From: Octopus sinensis
Taxonomy: Eukaryota
Length of the DNA: 64,000 nucleotides
NCBI RefSeq assembly: GCF_006345805.1
Contig: NC_043010.1
Span: 15,624,001-15,688,000, forward strand
Direction: 5' to 3'
Shown: positions 22,369-37,774 of the stretch, piece after piece
Layout of the letters: every line of letters begins with the position of its first letter
Position numbering within the stretch: position 1 is the first letter of the stretch
The notes under the pieces: generated by a model
Database searches by the model: none
What the model was told of the DNA's origin: nothing
Seen by the model: the letters and a program-made list of their open reading frames with translations, nothing else
Program-made: the position numbers and the translations under genes

Positions 22369-23176
22369 TTTGAACCCGGAACTATGTGGCTGGGTGACAA
22401 GTTTCATACCACCCAATGCGAAAAAACCCTGTAGACTGCGATAGTCGGTAAAACAAATAGAATTGAAAACATTGTTCTCTCTGTGCGGTCCGGAATCAAA
22501 TGATCCACGGTCAGGTATTGACCCGCGATCCGGTGGTTGAGAAACTCTGGCTTATAAGATCCTTTAAATAACTGAGAATTCAATGAACAGCCGACATGCA
22601 TATAGCTAGCAGACGACCATTGAATAAAAAGAATAAATCATTCGGACAGAAAAGTATAGCTCGCTTTCTAAATTTTTCTGGCCAAGAAAAAGAATAGAAT
22701 AAGTACTGGTATTACATAGAATAAGTCCTGGGGTCGATTTGTTCGACTAAAGGTGGTGCTCCAGCATGGCTGCACTCAGATGACTGAAACAAGTAAAAGA
22801 ATATGAGAATAGTGCTTCTCTAAGTATTTTCCCTTCGAAAATTATTACTATTCATAAAAAAAAAGAGCACTCCGTCGGTTACGACGACGGGGTCCCAGCT
22901 GATACGATCAACAGAACAGTAAAAGAATAAAAGAATATATATATTCTTTTATTTGTTTCAGTCATTAGACTGCGGCCATGCTGGTGCACCATCTTGAAGA
23001 ATTTAAGTCAAACTAATTGACCCCAGCGCTTTTTTATTTTTTAAGATGGTACTTATTTCTATCGCTGTCTTTTGTCGAACCGCTACGTTGCGGGGACGTA
23101 AACACACCGACACCGGTTGTCAATCGGTGGTGGGGACAAATGCACACACACACACATACACTCACACACACACACA

Positions 23177-23224
<48 letters not shown>

Positions 23225-24239
23225 AGGGTTGTTTTATTTTAACCCACTACCTTTTGGGGCTAACACTTATTGTTGCATTCGTATTCAGAATACATCGTAA
23301 AGTGGGTAATTTATGAATATTCTGTCGTGAATGCATATCTGAGATACCAGAGGGAACTCTTAAGCAATCATACATGATATAAATACAGTGGCAGGTAATA
23401 TTTTGCTGGCTGGATATGTTGGATAGCGGACAAGGAAGATAATAGCATGCTGTACAATATCGTAGAAGAAGGGAAGTATTGCACGGATAGATGGCCTTTG
23501 AAATTGGGAGTTAAGTGTTTTGGCTACAGGCTGATAGCAAGACACGAACAGACGATCTCTCAGCTGGTCGTCTGCTATCTATATATTCATGTCGGCTATC
23601 CGAGGATCTCACTAAATTCGCTTGTTATTCAAAGAATCATCTAAAGCAATCGCATCCACCTGAATTTCTTCATCCCACTGAGTTCTGAATCTCTCAGCCA
23701 AATAATTAATCTAGAAACTTCCCCTACTATCTCGTGTTTCTTTTCGTTTTTCTCCACCATTTCACATCTTCATCCAACCCCTTATTCTCTCTCCGTGTCT
23801 TCCCTATCACACAATCGCTTCCTCTAGTTGTCTTTCTTAATTCACACTCCCTCTTCTTTCTCTCTCTCTCTCTCTCTCTCTCCACTCTCTCCCGTTCTCT
23901 CGCTTTCACACACACGCGCGCGCGTGTATACGTACACTTATGCATACACACATATATATTCTGTCTCACAGTATATTTATGCATGCCTGCTGCCATCAGG
24001 AATTCCCATTCTACCTTTACACGACTTCAAATGAAAAACTATCAACCGCCTCTTGCATCCCACCACCAACACACATTTATAAATGTACCACTCGCACACG
24101 CATACACACGCGCACGAACGCACATGTACACACATAAACATGGATACACATGCATACACATATGACGCGTACATTCATAGACACACAGAGACACACTCAT
24201 ACGTACATACATAATGTATATATTATATATTATATTATA

Positions 24240-24283
<44 letters not shown>

Positions 24284-24337
24284 TATATTTAAATATATGT
24301 AAGTATATATGCATATATATACATACACACACACACG

Positions 24338-24380
<43 letters not shown>

Positions 24381-25320
24381 ATAACACCACACACAGACAC
24401 ACCACACACACAACACAAACACACACACACACACTCACACATATATATATATATATATGTGCATCCGTATTAATGTACACACACACACACACACACGCAC
24501 ACACGCACACAAACATGTACGGGTAGATACAAAAGCACGCATATACATTTATAAACGTTATTTATAAAGAACCAGTGAAAAAGTACTCAATACATGGTTA
24601 AGAATATACTTATATTCATATCGGTTAACAACCTTTGCTATTACTTTCATTTTTACTACTAAAACGATCAATCAAATCGAATACTGTTCCATAATTGAAA
24701 AAATGTTTCGTCATGGAAAATGGCTTCGGGACTTCGATACATTATTGGCTTGCATAGACCACTTATGTAATAAATTATTTGTATAAATTATAAACCGAGA
24801 AAAGGCGGTCGTCTTAAAGGGAGGCAATCTTATTTGACGTTATGGCGAAATTCTGCTAGCAAAAATAACTTTTTTTTTGGCTCGATTAACAAAATAACGT
24901 ACTTGTCATGCCATTGAAATCCTCATTGGGAGCTCCTTCATGCCCCTTGTGTCACATTTGATTTCTCTTCTGTCTTTCAAATACATTTCAAAAGTGATGT
25001 TACATTTCTGGATTTCTGGACTTGAACGAATGCGTATGAGTATATCACGACTTAAAAGCGTTTACGGTCAACCCATTTTTTTTTATTGTACAGTCAGCAG
25101 AATTTTAATATATCATTTCATTTAAAAAAGTATTTTCCATTCAAACGGCATCTAATCGGCCCTCTATAATTTCACCGCAGTTAAGCTGTATTCCTATGCT
25201 ACCAAACAATAATTAGTCTCAATGGTTTATTTCCATGTTTCTTGACCCAGAAGGAATTATCATAAAATAATAACGGTTCGTTTTACATTTATTTTAATGA
25301 CTATATTGGTGTTGTATATA

Positions 25321-25720
25321 CTCTTTACTCTTTAACTTGTTTCTGTCATTTGACTGCGGCCATGCTGGAGCACCGCTTTTAGTCGAGCAAATCTTTGTAA
25401 GCCCAGTACTTATTCTATCGGTCTCTTTTGCCGAACCGCTAAGTGACAGGGACGTAAACACACCAGCATCGGTTGTCAAGCAATGCTAGGGGGACAAACA
25501 CACATACACAAACACTCACACACATACACACACATATATATATATATACATATAATCGACAGGCTTCTTTCAGTTTCCGTCTACCAATCCACCACTCACA
25601 AGGCATTGGTCGGCCCGGGGCTATAGCAGAAGACACTTGCCCAAGATGCCACGCAGTGGGACTGAACCCGGAACAATGTGGTTGGTTAGCAAGTTACTTA
25701 CCACACAGTCACTCCTGCGC
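25321..25720 (-). mobile_element. CORE-like SINE
   Basis: Family consensus. Confidence 0.88.
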
Positions 25721-25755
25721 CTATTATAGTGTTAAATTCTTTTCAAACCCTAGAG

Positions 25756-25874
25756 TAGTGGGTTTCAACCGGGGTCCATATAACATTTCGTTCGAATACC
25801 TATGAGGGTCCATCTGAGTAAAATAGAAGCTAAAGGGGTCCATTGATAAAAAAAAAAGGTTTGAGAGGCACCGC
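25756..25874. mobile_element. Degenerate hAT-like MITE
   Basis: Termini resemble CAGTGGTTYTCAAC / GTTGAGAACCACTG; internal GGGGTCCAT repeats. Confidence 0.4.
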
Positions 25875-26254
25875 ACAAGAGCTTCCAGTTTTTAAAAAAG
25901 CCTAATAATTAACTAGGTGAATATGCAGTTGGATTAATTTTCGATGTTAATTAACTAATTGATCGTGATTCTGTTATTGTTCTATTTCGTTAAGTTTGTT
26001 GGGTCTGTTTTTCTATTCATAGAATCTAACTTGTATTCTCTGACTGTGTTTAGTTCACTTTTAAGTTAATTACTGCACATCGGATTAGTTGCGAAGTTGC
26101 GAAGTTGCAATTGTGGTCTTTTAATGTTAAGTAAGGTCAGTGTGTGTTGAAATGTTCTTCTCAATCTGCTACATTTTAATGTCCTGGAAGGGCTTTCATT
26201 TTGTCAGTGAGTATATGTGTATTTCGACTCTTTTTATATGATTTTTAAAAACTT

Positions 26255-26493
26255 TCTACTTGTTTCAGTCATGTGACTGTGGCCATGCTGGAGCAGTGCC
26301 TTTAGTCGAGCAAATCAACCCCAGGACTTATTCTTTGTAAGCCTAGTACTTCTTCTATCGCCTCTTTTGTCGAACCGCTAAGTTACGGGGACGTAAACAC
26401 ACCAGCATCGGTTGTCAAGGGGGACATTGTTAGGGGGACAAACGCAGACACACAAACATATACACACATACATACATACACACACACAACAAC

Positions 26494-26567
<74 letters not shown>

Positions 26568-26738
26568 CATATATACGACGGGCTTCTTTCAGTTTCCGTC
26601 TACCAAATCCACTCACAAGGCTTTGGTCGACCCGAGGCTATAGTAGAAGACACTTGCCCAAGGTGCCACGCAGTCGGACTGAACCCGGAACCATGTGGTT
26701 GGTAAACAAGCTACTTACCACACAGCCACTCTTACGCC
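26255..26738 (-). mobile_element. CORE-like SINE
   Basis: Family consensus. Confidence 0.88.
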
Positions 26739-27329
26739 TATATATTATTATATTATATATTATATATTTCTATTATATTACTTATATTATTTATATAAAT
26801 AATTATATATTTTATATAACATATTATTATTATATATTTATTATATTATTGTATTATTTCATAACAATCTGTTGTAAGAGTTACTAGTTCGCATAGATTA
26901 TTGGTATTGTGGGCTTACACGTATATTTCCCTTGAATGTATGTCGGATAATAAATAACGCAGAAATGACGCCTCTATTAAATATTACCTTATTTGGTTGA
27001 ATGCCTTATTGTATTCGTTCTGGGTCCCCGCGAGGCCATACCGAGGTCGATTTAACCATTTATCCTCCGAGGAAATCAGCTATGCATTAGGATTGATTAT
27101 TTTCTCTTTCACTGTTTCCCTCTTTTTTTCTTTCTCTCTCTCTCCCTCTTATAATTTCTCTTCAGATTCTATATCTGATTCAGAAGTTCAGCTTCGTCAA
27201 ATTCTGCCACGGTGATTCCGATTGAGAATTGCATTAAGGTTTACATATGTCTGTGGAATACTCAGCCACATACATGTTAATTAGGAACATGCAATTCAGC
27301 TGGGCAAAGAACTGAATGTACACCAATTA

Positions 27330-27345
27330 TTATTATTATTATTAA

Positions 27346-27408
<63 letters not shown>

Positions 27409-27787
27409 GACAATGCGAAGAGCGCGATGCGATTGCAATAAATATTTTATTGGTTTGAACAATATTTCGACAGCGCGCCTGTCTTTGTCGAGTTGAAAAT
27501 GAAAAATGATATATCGAAATTCAAAATTATAGAAATTCGAATTCAAAAATTTGAACGAGGGCAACCTGCGTTCTCGCGTTGATAGAATGACATCATCAGT
27601 CTTCAATTTTTAAGTTTACAACTGGCAAAACGAAAAAGAAAGAAAAAGGAAAAATGGAGAAAAGGAAAAAGAAGAATATTAAAATGTTATCTTTTCTTAG
27701 TATTGCCTATTTGCCTTTCTGAGGAGTTACGTCAATCGTTTTTAAATAGTAACAATAATAATGATGATGATGATAATAATAATAATA

Positions 27788-27848
<61 letters not shown>

Positions 27849-27855
27849 TAATAAC

Positions 27856-27921
<66 letters not shown>
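27330..27921. repeat. (ATT)n/(AAT)n trinucleotide tracts (27330-27410, 27750-27921)
   Basis: Direct inspection. Confidence 0.95.
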
Positions 27922-27924
<3 letters not shown>

Positions 27925-28895
27925 AGCACTCAGAGAGCGCAAGCCGCCAAGTTAACACCAACGTCCTCTCAACGATTAGTCGGAGATGATTTTTAAAATG
28001 AGAATATCTGAAATATACCCAACTGCTCTCACAAACGAGAATACTAAAAATGAACCTGACTGCTCTCAAGAAATTAAGTTAGAAAACCGGAAAAATAATC
28101 CAGAATCTTTATCCGGTACCTGATCGATCCCAGTGGTAGTCATGGAATGTGAAGGTGAGTGTGCGGGTCGTGTTTGTAGTGCTGTGTGTGTGTCGTCTGC
28201 AGTGGGAACAGGGACGGTTTTCTCTATGATATAGTGTCTTTATAACCATTAAGGTCTATAATGAAAGAAAACGGAAAGGACCAGCATACGGTACTGTTAA
28301 CGGAGGTTTAACAACATCGTTGCGCACAGAAATGTAAAGCTTCCTTCAAGGCAGAGCTAGAAACGCAATTGTCAAGTAGGTAAGAGGTTTAAAACAGGAG
28401 TGATATGTTCAAAATTGGTAAAACTAAAAATTGTCAAAGATAAATTAAATTTATTATTGTTACTGAATATGTTAGTGTTACTTAATTTCTGAACGGGTTT
28501 GCTGCCGTTTGTTTATGTAGTTTGATTTCTTTATCCGTCAGTTTCTACTAAGATAGAACGCGAGTAAAATTGATAATAGAGAAATGAAAATAAAACTTTG
28601 GAAACAGCAACGCCGCCATAATCTACGTAGAAACCATGAGCGTGTTTTCAATGGAGATAAGCAGAGGTCGTAATCATGTAAAGTAAAGTAAATATGACAA
28701 ATAATCCAGAATCCTTGTCTGGTAACAGATCGATCCTAGAATCTAATCAGTTCGTGCCAGATCCGAGGCCAAGTATCCGTAAAAGTTTCATCCGAATCCA
28801 TCCAGCGGTTCTTGAGGTATCTTGTCCACGGACAAACAAACAAACAAACACGACTGAAAACAATGTCTCTGCCTTCACTAAGGCGGAGGAAATAA
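27922..28895 (+). mobile_element. Helentron/DINE-like non-autonomous element(s), interrupted
   Basis: 5' GAGAGCACTCAGAGAGCGCAAGCCGCCAAG; 3' hairpin CTCTGCCTT-CACT-AAGGCGGAG; aataatccagaatc duplicated near 28095 and 28700. Confidence 0.45.
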
Positions 28896-28949
28896 TAATA
28901 ATAATAACAATAATAATAACAACAACAACAAAAATAATAATAATAATAC

Positions 28950-29830
28950 AGGGAAACAAAGGAAGAAGTACAAAAAGGACACGAAGAAGAATTACGCAAG
29001 AAGGGACTTCACAATCAATTCCATACAGCCGCAACAAAAGTTGGGATTGGCTGATGAAAGGAACACTAAAAAAAGAGCCCGAGAGTACTATACTAGCAGC
29101 GCAAGACCGAGCTTTGGTCACGAACTGGAGGGTCAACCGTAGGAATGAGCAAGTGTCTCCGCTGTGCCGCATCTGCAATAGGGCGGATGAAACCATTGCC
29201 CATATCACGAACGAATGCCTTAGACTTGCCCAAAACCATTACAAGTTGTGGCGACTCGACCAGGTAGCGAAAGTGCTACATTGGAAAAATGTACGAAAAG
29301 TCGAGGCTAGAGAGAGGTAAGACGTGGTGTGAGCACAAAGTGCACAGAGTGGCGGAGTCGGAGACTAGCAAAATCCTCTGGGATTTCCCAATCCTAAAAG
29401 ATCAGGTGCCAGAGCATAAGAGACCGGACCTAGTGGTGATGGACAAGGTGCACCACATATGCTATGTAGTTGATGTTGCGTACCCCTTTGACCCACGGAT
29501 AGTAGAAAAGGAAGGCGAAAAGATAGATAGATAGATACAACCCTCTTAAGTACGAAACAGCCCGGCTAAGGAAAATGAAGAAAGTGAAGATAGGGCCAAG
29601 TATTTTTGGGGTCATTGGGAACAGTATCAGAAGGTATCAAGAGGAGCATCAAAGAAATTGGAATAGAGTGCCCAGTAGAACTGTTGCAAGAGGTTTTCCC
29701 TCCTTGACAGAGCCAGAATAATCAGGAAAGTATTAGATAGCTGAAAAGAATGACTAGCACGATACTGATGGCTGCGGGTAGTAAGCCCGCTACGCATACA
29801 GGACTCCAGGATCCCCAACAAAACTTGAGA
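28950..29830 (+). mobile_element. R4/Dong-type RLE LINE, 3' portion
   Basis: WLMKGTLKKEPESTILAAQDRAL; CCHC knuckle CRIC..ETIAHITNEC; RPDLVVMD..YVVDVAYPFD nuclease; ARIIRKVLDS* at 29744; (TAA)n tail. Confidence 0.88.
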
Positions 29831-29855
29831 TGAAGAGAAAATAATAATAATAATA

Positions 29856-29911
<56 letters not shown>

Positions 29912-29932
29912 AACAATAATAATGACAATAAC

Positions 29933-29985
<53 letters not shown>

Positions 29986-30032
29986 TTATTATTATTATTA
30001 TTATTATTACTATTATTATTATTATTATTATT

Positions 30033-30116
<84 letters not shown>

Positions 30117-30124
30117 ATTATTAT

Positions 30125-30665
30125 TGAGTGAGAGAGAGAAAGCAGTACATGCCATCAAAGTGACATTTGGGTAAAATATACGAAGCCCAGTATACCCATC
30201 ATGACTACTCGTCTCATAAGGGTACACCAGGCACATGCATCACATGCGAGACATAGAGATCTCATATCAAGATAAACAGCACATCACCTTGCAGGTGGGG
30301 CCCAGTTAGTATTTTCTTCTGGTCGAGTAACCCATCCCGCTCAAAAGGTCCCCGAATAAGGGTTGTTTAAGGATAGTGAACAAAACACCCATGTTTTCAA
30401 AGGTGAATTATCCAAACCCCAAAGAATTCCTCTCAACACATGTCTATGATGCTCCCCCACTACTTCTGTTCGTGATCAGAGATGCACATATCGTCAGCCA
30501 CTAAGGGACATGCTCAACTGGTTAAGGTCAAGCAACTGACAAGCAAATCTGTGGTATTGAGCAGAATATTTACTGTAGCCCATCTTTTATACTAAGATAA
30601 AACAATGTACATGATAACACTTCCAATCAGTTAAGATCAGACGCCATGAGAGCCACTTCTTGGTA
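30125..30665. repeat. Probable interspersed repeat between trinucleotide tracts; class uncertain
   Basis: Non-coding, GC-richer block bounded by (TTA)n/(CAT)n. Confidence 0.3.
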
Positions 30666-30808
30666 CCGCATGAGGGAACTTGTTATCATCATCATCATCA
30701 TCAGCATCATCATCATTATTATTATTATTATTATTATTATAATTATTATTATTATAATTATTATTATTACTATTACTATTACTATTATTATTATTATTAT
30801 TATTATTA

Positions 30809-30847
<39 letters not shown>

Positions 30848-31477
30848 CATCATCATCATCATCTTCATTGAGACGGTGTGCTAGCAGATTCGTTAGCTCG
30901 CCGGACAAAATGCTTACCGATATTTTGTCAGCTTTTGCGTTCCCAGTTCAAATTCTGCCGACGTCGACTTTGCCTTTCACCCTTTCGGGGACGATAAAAT
31001 AAAATCACCCTTAAAATTTCAGGCGTTGTGCCTATATTACAAAGGATTATTATTTTTATCATTGTTACGACAGCGAGCAGGCAGAAACGTTAGTACGCCG
31101 GAGAAAATAGTTAGCTGCATTTCATCCGGCTTTATATTCTGAGTTCAAATTCCGCCAAAGCCGAATTGGCATTTTCAGGCCTTATACCGAAAAGCAGAAG
31201 GACACATTACAAAATCATATTTGATAAGATAAAGGTAATTGTAATAGTGCGTGTGTCTTTTGAAGCCAACAGTAACTCTACCACGATGTAATAGCTCAAT
31301 TCCTAACACACGATCTTTGATGTAATCAGTTGCAAAGACATACGCTATACTAAATGCGGACACACACATACATATAAGTATGTAAATACCAGGAATGCAT
31401 ACCATTGCATAACCACACACGTATGCACATTACATACACGAATACATGTACACATACGCATATCTATCTGTCTATCC

Positions 31478-31545
<68 letters not shown>

Positions 31546-31891
31546 CTATCTATGTTTCAAAAAAAGATGGGGGAATGTGGCAAGGATGGCACGTATGAAT
31601 GACGAAGCCACTCTGAACATAATCCTATGAACCCGGAAAAATTTAAAACAAAGAGTTACTTACTTGCAAATAAATGTGTTAACATGTGACATTATTGACC
31701 GAAGTTACCGTGCTCTTTTCCGTAGGCTTTTCTTTCCACGGATAAACTTTATCTGTTTCCCCATTTACACTTTACATCATGACATTTCTGTGATACACGA
31801 TCCCTATTGATCGTTTTTATTTCTTTTTACGATCCCTTTTGATCGAAAACCTACCCCCTTTTTTTCCTTTTCTTTTTTTTTCTCCCCCAAA

Positions 31892-31991
31892 NNNNNNNNN
31901 NNNNNNNNNNNNNNNNNNNNNNNNNNNNNNNNNNNNNNNNNNNNNNNNNNNNNNNNNNNNNNNNNNNNNNNNNNNNNNNNNNNNNNNNNNN
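31892..31991. other. Assembly gap (100 N)
   Basis: Run of N. Confidence 1.
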
Positions 31992-32379
31992 GTGAATAAT
32001 AGAGAAAAAACAAACGAAAACAGATAGAAAGAGAAATACAGAGGAGTAGAAATAAAGAGATTTTGGCAAGGACTGGAAGAGAAAGGCTGTCAGAGTGAGA
32101 GAGAGGGAGAGAAAGAGAGACAGACAGACAGACAGACAGACGAACAGACAGAGACAGAGAGAAATACACAAATATAGAGAGGCAAAAATGCATTTGCGTT
32201 GCGAGATTTCTACTCCAAGATTTTGTCTTTGAACGAAGACTGAAAATGTCCACCAAAACTAGAAACACCCCCACCCCCACCCCACCCACGAAAAAAAAAG
32301 ATAATAAAAATAAAACAAATATAAACAAATAACAGTAATGATAATATTAAAACAATAATTAAAACAACAATAATGATAA

Positions 32380-32747
32380 TAATGATAATAACAAGGAGGA
32401 GGGGTGAGAGTACTGGTGTAGCTGGTGGAAGTGGTGGTGGTGGTGGTGGTGGTGGTGATAATTTTCCTCGTTGTCGTGATGATGATTAGAAGGAGACGAA
32501 GAGGTGGGTAGTGGTGGTAGGGGTGGTGGCGGTGGTGTTGCTGCTGCTGCTGATGATGGTGGTGATGGTAGTAGTTTTAGTGGTGGTGGTGGTGGTGTTG
32601 ATGATGATGTGATGATGATGATGTCAACGACGGCGATGATGATGATGATAATGATAATGAAGACGATGATGATGATGATGATGATGATGAAGATGAAGAT
32701 GATGATAATGATGATGATGATGATGATGATGATAATAATGATGATGA

Positions 32748-32781
<34 letters not shown>

Positions 32782-32820
32782 GGGGGTAATGTATGGTGAT
32801 GATGATGAGGAGGAGGAGGA
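32380..32820. repeat. (TGG)n/(TGA)n compound trinucleotide tract
   Basis: Direct inspection. Confidence 0.9.
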
Positions 32821-33846
32821 ATAGAAGGGAGATTTTGTTTACTCTCCACCCGCCGCCCCACCCACCCCCACCCCAACCCCATCCGCATCCTCAGTCTCCC
32901 CCAATTGTTTTTTGCGTGTGTATATCTTAATGGCTGTAGTACTACATACGAAATATAGGGGTCGCTGTTGCCATTTGATTTGTTGCTGATTTCAGTTGAG
33001 CCCAAATTTAATTTCATTTATATTTACGATATACATGCATGCGCACACACAGACACACACACACAAACACACACACACACACACCACACACACACACACA
33101 CGCACGCACACACACACACGCACGCACATTCGGTCTTACATACATATGCGTATGTATGCATTTATATAGCCTATGTACGTAGATACATATGCGCCAGTAA
33201 TGTATGCATGTATATGTGTGTGTGTATTTGAGTTGCTGTGTGTATTTTAGCACCCACCCCCCGTCCCTTTTTTCCCTTTTACTTTCTACTAGCCATTTAT
33301 CTAAAAATGCGATTCCACCTTTGGACTAAATGGTTAAATAATACATGTCTCAGACTTGCTGGAGCCCAGTTATCAACACAAACGCGTAACTGTATTCCCT
33401 ATAGTCAAGGCATCAGGCGAGATACGATCAGACGACACGACTGCAGAGAGAGAAACACAGAGAGATAGAGAGAGAGACAGAGAGAGAGAGAGAGACAGAT
33501 AGACGGACAGAAAGGCAAAGACATAGAGAAAGAGGGGAGAGGGAGAGAGAGAGAGAGGGACAGAGACAGGGAGGTAGATAGAGAGACAGACAAAAGGGAA
33601 GAGAGAAAGATCGAGCGAGAGAGAGAGGGAGGTGAATTCACTGGGAGAGGAATGTAAGAGAGGAAGATAACGAGAGACAGAGGAAGACATGTATGTATGT
33701 ATGTATTGTATGTATGTATGTATGTATGCATGTATGTATGTATGTATGTGTGTGTATGTGTGTATGTATGTATGTGTGTATGTATGTATGTATCTGTGTA
33801 TGTATGTATGTACGTATGTATGTATGTATGTATGTACGTATGTATG

Positions 33847-33877
<31 letters not shown>

Positions 33878-34115
33878 ATGTATGTATGTGTGAGTGTATA
33901 CATGTGTATATATATATATATACATACATGCTTCTTGGTACAGAGGGAGACAGAGAGAAAGAAGTGGGGGTGAGAGAGAAGAAAAGTGAGAGAGAAGAAA
34001 GAGAAAGATAGAAAAAAACAACGAAGAAGAAGGCTAAGATATCTATCTATCTATAAAAGCATGTGTACGGAGCATGCATGTGAGTGTTGTACGTGTATAT
34101 GTAAGTGTAATATAA

Positions 34116-34151
<36 letters not shown>

Positions 34152-35281
34152 ATATATATATATATATATATGCATATACATCTACATAGGTGTATCCGTG
34201 TGTATATATGTATGAGTGTATGTGTACGTGTAGATAGTGACGTGTGTGTGTGTGTGTGGGTGCCTATGTGTACGTGCGTATCTGCATGAGCGTTTTGACT
34301 CCCATGACTTCGATAAAATTTGGCAACAAAAAGCTATCAACTCTTCTTGACTTCTATCTATCAGCTTACGTTATTAACTGATACTTTCCCATTTTGTTAC
34401 ATTTTTCTTTGGTTTTACTTTTACTGTAACTCCATATCAAACGGATTGGACAAATTATTGCATGTTATTGCTATTTTGGTTCAGTTCTGGTCTACGAGAG
34501 GCGTTGTATTTATTTTTTTATTTCGTGTTTTTGTTAGTTTGTTTGTTTTATGTTTATATTATTTTTGGGTGAGGGCCGGAATTTTTTTTAATTGTTTTTA
34601 AGTAGCGTTTTATCGTTGTTTGTTTTTTTTTCTCTTTTGTTTTTGTTTTTTAAAACTGTTAACTTCCGGTTTCCATTTTGTTTTAATGAAGGCAAACTAA
34701 AAAAAAAAACGCAAGCTGATTTCTGAATACTTTATTTTGTTCGACAACAAAAGAACTAGAGATGGCTGGGTAGAGACGAAGACAAGGGGATAGACGGGGC
34801 GGGAGGGGGGGAGATAGACAGAAACGGAGAAAAGAAACTGACAGAGTAAAAGAGAAAATTCTCAGTAAACAAATATTGAAAAAAAAAATTTTTTTTTTGA
34901 GTAAGCTCCCTTTCGTGAATCATATAAATAAATAGATAAATAAATAAGTAAATAAATAAATAAATCAGCTGAGAAAGCCAACAAGACAGAATCAACAAGA
35001 AACGAGAGAGAGACGGAGCCACGATGACAGACCAAACCTACTTGTTTTCAATTAAACCAACGACTTGATCGGAAGCATATTTCACTCGCGACGACGTTTG
35101 AGAGTATCAGCTCTCACTGACAACAACAACAGCAACAAGAGACATACACAACTGCGTACGTGCATGTGTATGTGTTGTTATGTGTGTGTGTGCGTGTGCG
35201 TGTATGTGTGTGTATTGTGTGTATATATATGGTGTGTGTGTATGTATGGGTGTGGGTGTGTGTGTGTATAGTATATAAGTA

Positions 35282-35329
<48 letters not shown>

Positions 35330-35477
35330 TATATATATATAAATAGTAAATTTATAGCTCCTTCTATATAATAAATTAAATTGAAGCTCCTTCTATATAT
35401 ATAAATATATATATATACATTAACACAATATATACACATATATACAAACGTACACATATGCACACATATACATATAC

Positions 35478-35510
<33 letters not shown>

Positions 35511-35686
35511 ACATATACACATATATATATATATATATACACACATATATACATATATGTGTAAACGTGTGTATATATGTATATATATATATATTCCGTT
35601 ATTCTTCTATTCTTTTACTTGTTTCATTCATTTGACTGCGGACATGCTGGAGCACTGCTTTAAGTATATATGTGTGTACATATATA

Positions 35687-35717
<31 letters not shown>

Positions 35718-35735
<18 letters not shown>

Positions 35736-37400
35736 ATATATTAGCTTGGCAAGAAAGTAATTTCGTTTTTTTAGTGTGAAATAAAAATCTTTTTTTTTCT
35801 TCATGCAAAGAATGAACTTGAATTAATAATATATATTTTCCATTTTGATCGATGGCCTTATGCAATCTTTCTTCTAACTTCATGATTCCGCACTCATAGA
35901 ACTTCTGGTCATTATCAGTCAAAAACTGGAGCAAGTGCGATTTTTGGTCATCATTATTATTGAAAGTTTTACCATTCAAAGAATTTTGCAAGCTTCGAAA
36001 TAAATGGTAATCTGATTGTGCAAGGTCAGGGCTATTAAGGTGGATGTGACATTACTTCCCAACCAAGCTCCAGTAATTTTTCACAAGTTAGCAAAAACGT
36101 GTGTGGTCTAGCGTTGTCATGGTAGAACACAATTCCTTTACGATTTGCCAATTTTGGCCATTTTTCTTTGATTACTTCCTCCAGTTTCACTAGCTGTTGA
36201 CAGTAAACATCTGAATAGATCGTTTGGTTCCTTGGAAGTAGCTCAAAATACACAACACCTTTGTAATCCCACCAAATTGACAGTATGACACTTTTTTTTA
36301 TGCAATTCAGCTTTCGAAGTGGTTTGTGCTGGTTCATAACGCTTGGACCATGATCGTTTTTTATTGATGTTATTGCAGACAATACATTTTTCCCCACTAT
36401 TGATGATTCGTTTCAAAAAACGGTCAATTTCATTGCGTTTGATAGGCGCAGGAGTGGCTGTGTAGTAAGTAGCTTGTTTACCAACCACATGGTTCTGGGT
36501 TCAGTCCCACTGCATATCACTTTGGGCAAGTGTCTTCTACTATAGCCTCGGGCCGACCAATGCCTTGTGAGTGGATTTGGTAGACGGAAACTGAAAGAAG
36601 CCCGTCGTATATATGTATATATGTATGCGTGTGTGTGTTTGTGTGTCTGTGTTTGTCCCCCTAGCATTGCTTGACAACCGATGCTGGTGTGTTTATGTCC
36701 CCGTTACTTAGCAGTTCGGCAAAAGAGACCGATAGAATAAGTACTGGGCTTACAAAAGAATGAGTCCCAGGGTCGAGTTGCTCGACTAAAGGCGGTTCTC
36801 CAGCATGGCCGCAGTCAAATGACTGAAACAAATAAAAGAGTAAAAGAGTATATCGCAAATATTGATTCGTCGTTTTAAGTGAGTCCCTTTCAATTTACGT
36901 GGAATCCAAATATCGATCTTCTTAACGAGTCCAAGACATTTTAAGTGATTTTCAATTGTTGTGTTTGATACATTTTACCTTTCTGCAATCTCTCGCAGAG
37001 TTATATGACAATCAGATTCAATTATGGCTTTGATTCGGTCATCATCAACTTCAGTAGGTCGACCAGAACGTTGGTCATCTTTGAGTGAAAAATCTCCAGA
37101 AAGGAATTTTTCAAACCATTTCTGACATGCGCGTTCTGCCAAGCAATCAACACCATAAACTTCACTTATCTCTTTGTGAACCTCAGCAGCTTTCTCGCCT
37201 TTACAGGAGTGAAAAAAACCCAAATATGGCGAAAATGTTCTTTTTGCACTCCGTGTTATAATTGGCACTGAACTAACAGCTGTAAACAAAATTACGCGCA
37301 ATTTGCCTCTAAAGTAAGCTAAAAGTAATGGCTATCAAATAGAAACAAATCATAACATTGACAAAAGTCACTTAAAAAATCTTTACTCTATTACTTTCTT
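35718..37400 (-). mobile_element. mariner (DD34D-type) transposon relic, interrupted by a SINE
   Basis: KGEKAAEVHKEISEVYG..WFEKFLSGDFSLKDDQRSGRP; SIWWDYKGVVYFELL; YHDNARPH; VMSHPP; SLQNSLNGKTF; TIR-like ggcaagaaagtaat. Confidence 0.9.
36446..36849 (+). mobile_element. CORE-like SINE inserted in mariner
   Basis: Family consensus; transposase sequence resumes on both sides. Confidence 0.9.
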
Positions 37401-37401
37401 A

Positions 37402-37765
37402 TTTCTTTATTGCTCACAAGGGGCTAAACATAGAGGGAACAAACAAGGACAGACAAACGGATTAAGTCGATTATATCGACCTCAGTGCGTAACTGGTACT
37501 TATTTAATCGATCCTGAAAGGATGAAAGGCAAAGTCGACCTCGGCGGAATTTGAACTCAGAACATAACGGCAGACGAAATACCGCTAAGCATTCCGTCCG
37601 GCGTGCAAACGATTCTTATTTCTTTATTGCCCACAAGGAGCTAAACACAGAGAGGAAAAACAAGGACAGACAAACGGATTAAGTCGATTATATCAACCCC
37701 AGTGCGTAAATGGTACTTAATTTATCAACCCCGAAAGAATGAAAGGCAAAGTCGACCTCGGCGGT
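37402..37765 (-). mobile_element. Two tandem Meta-domain-like SINE copies
   Basis: aaggacagacaaacggattaagtcgattatatc..gaaaggcaaagtcgacctcggcgg occurs twice. Confidence 0.85.
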
Positions 37766-37774
37766 CAGACGGTA

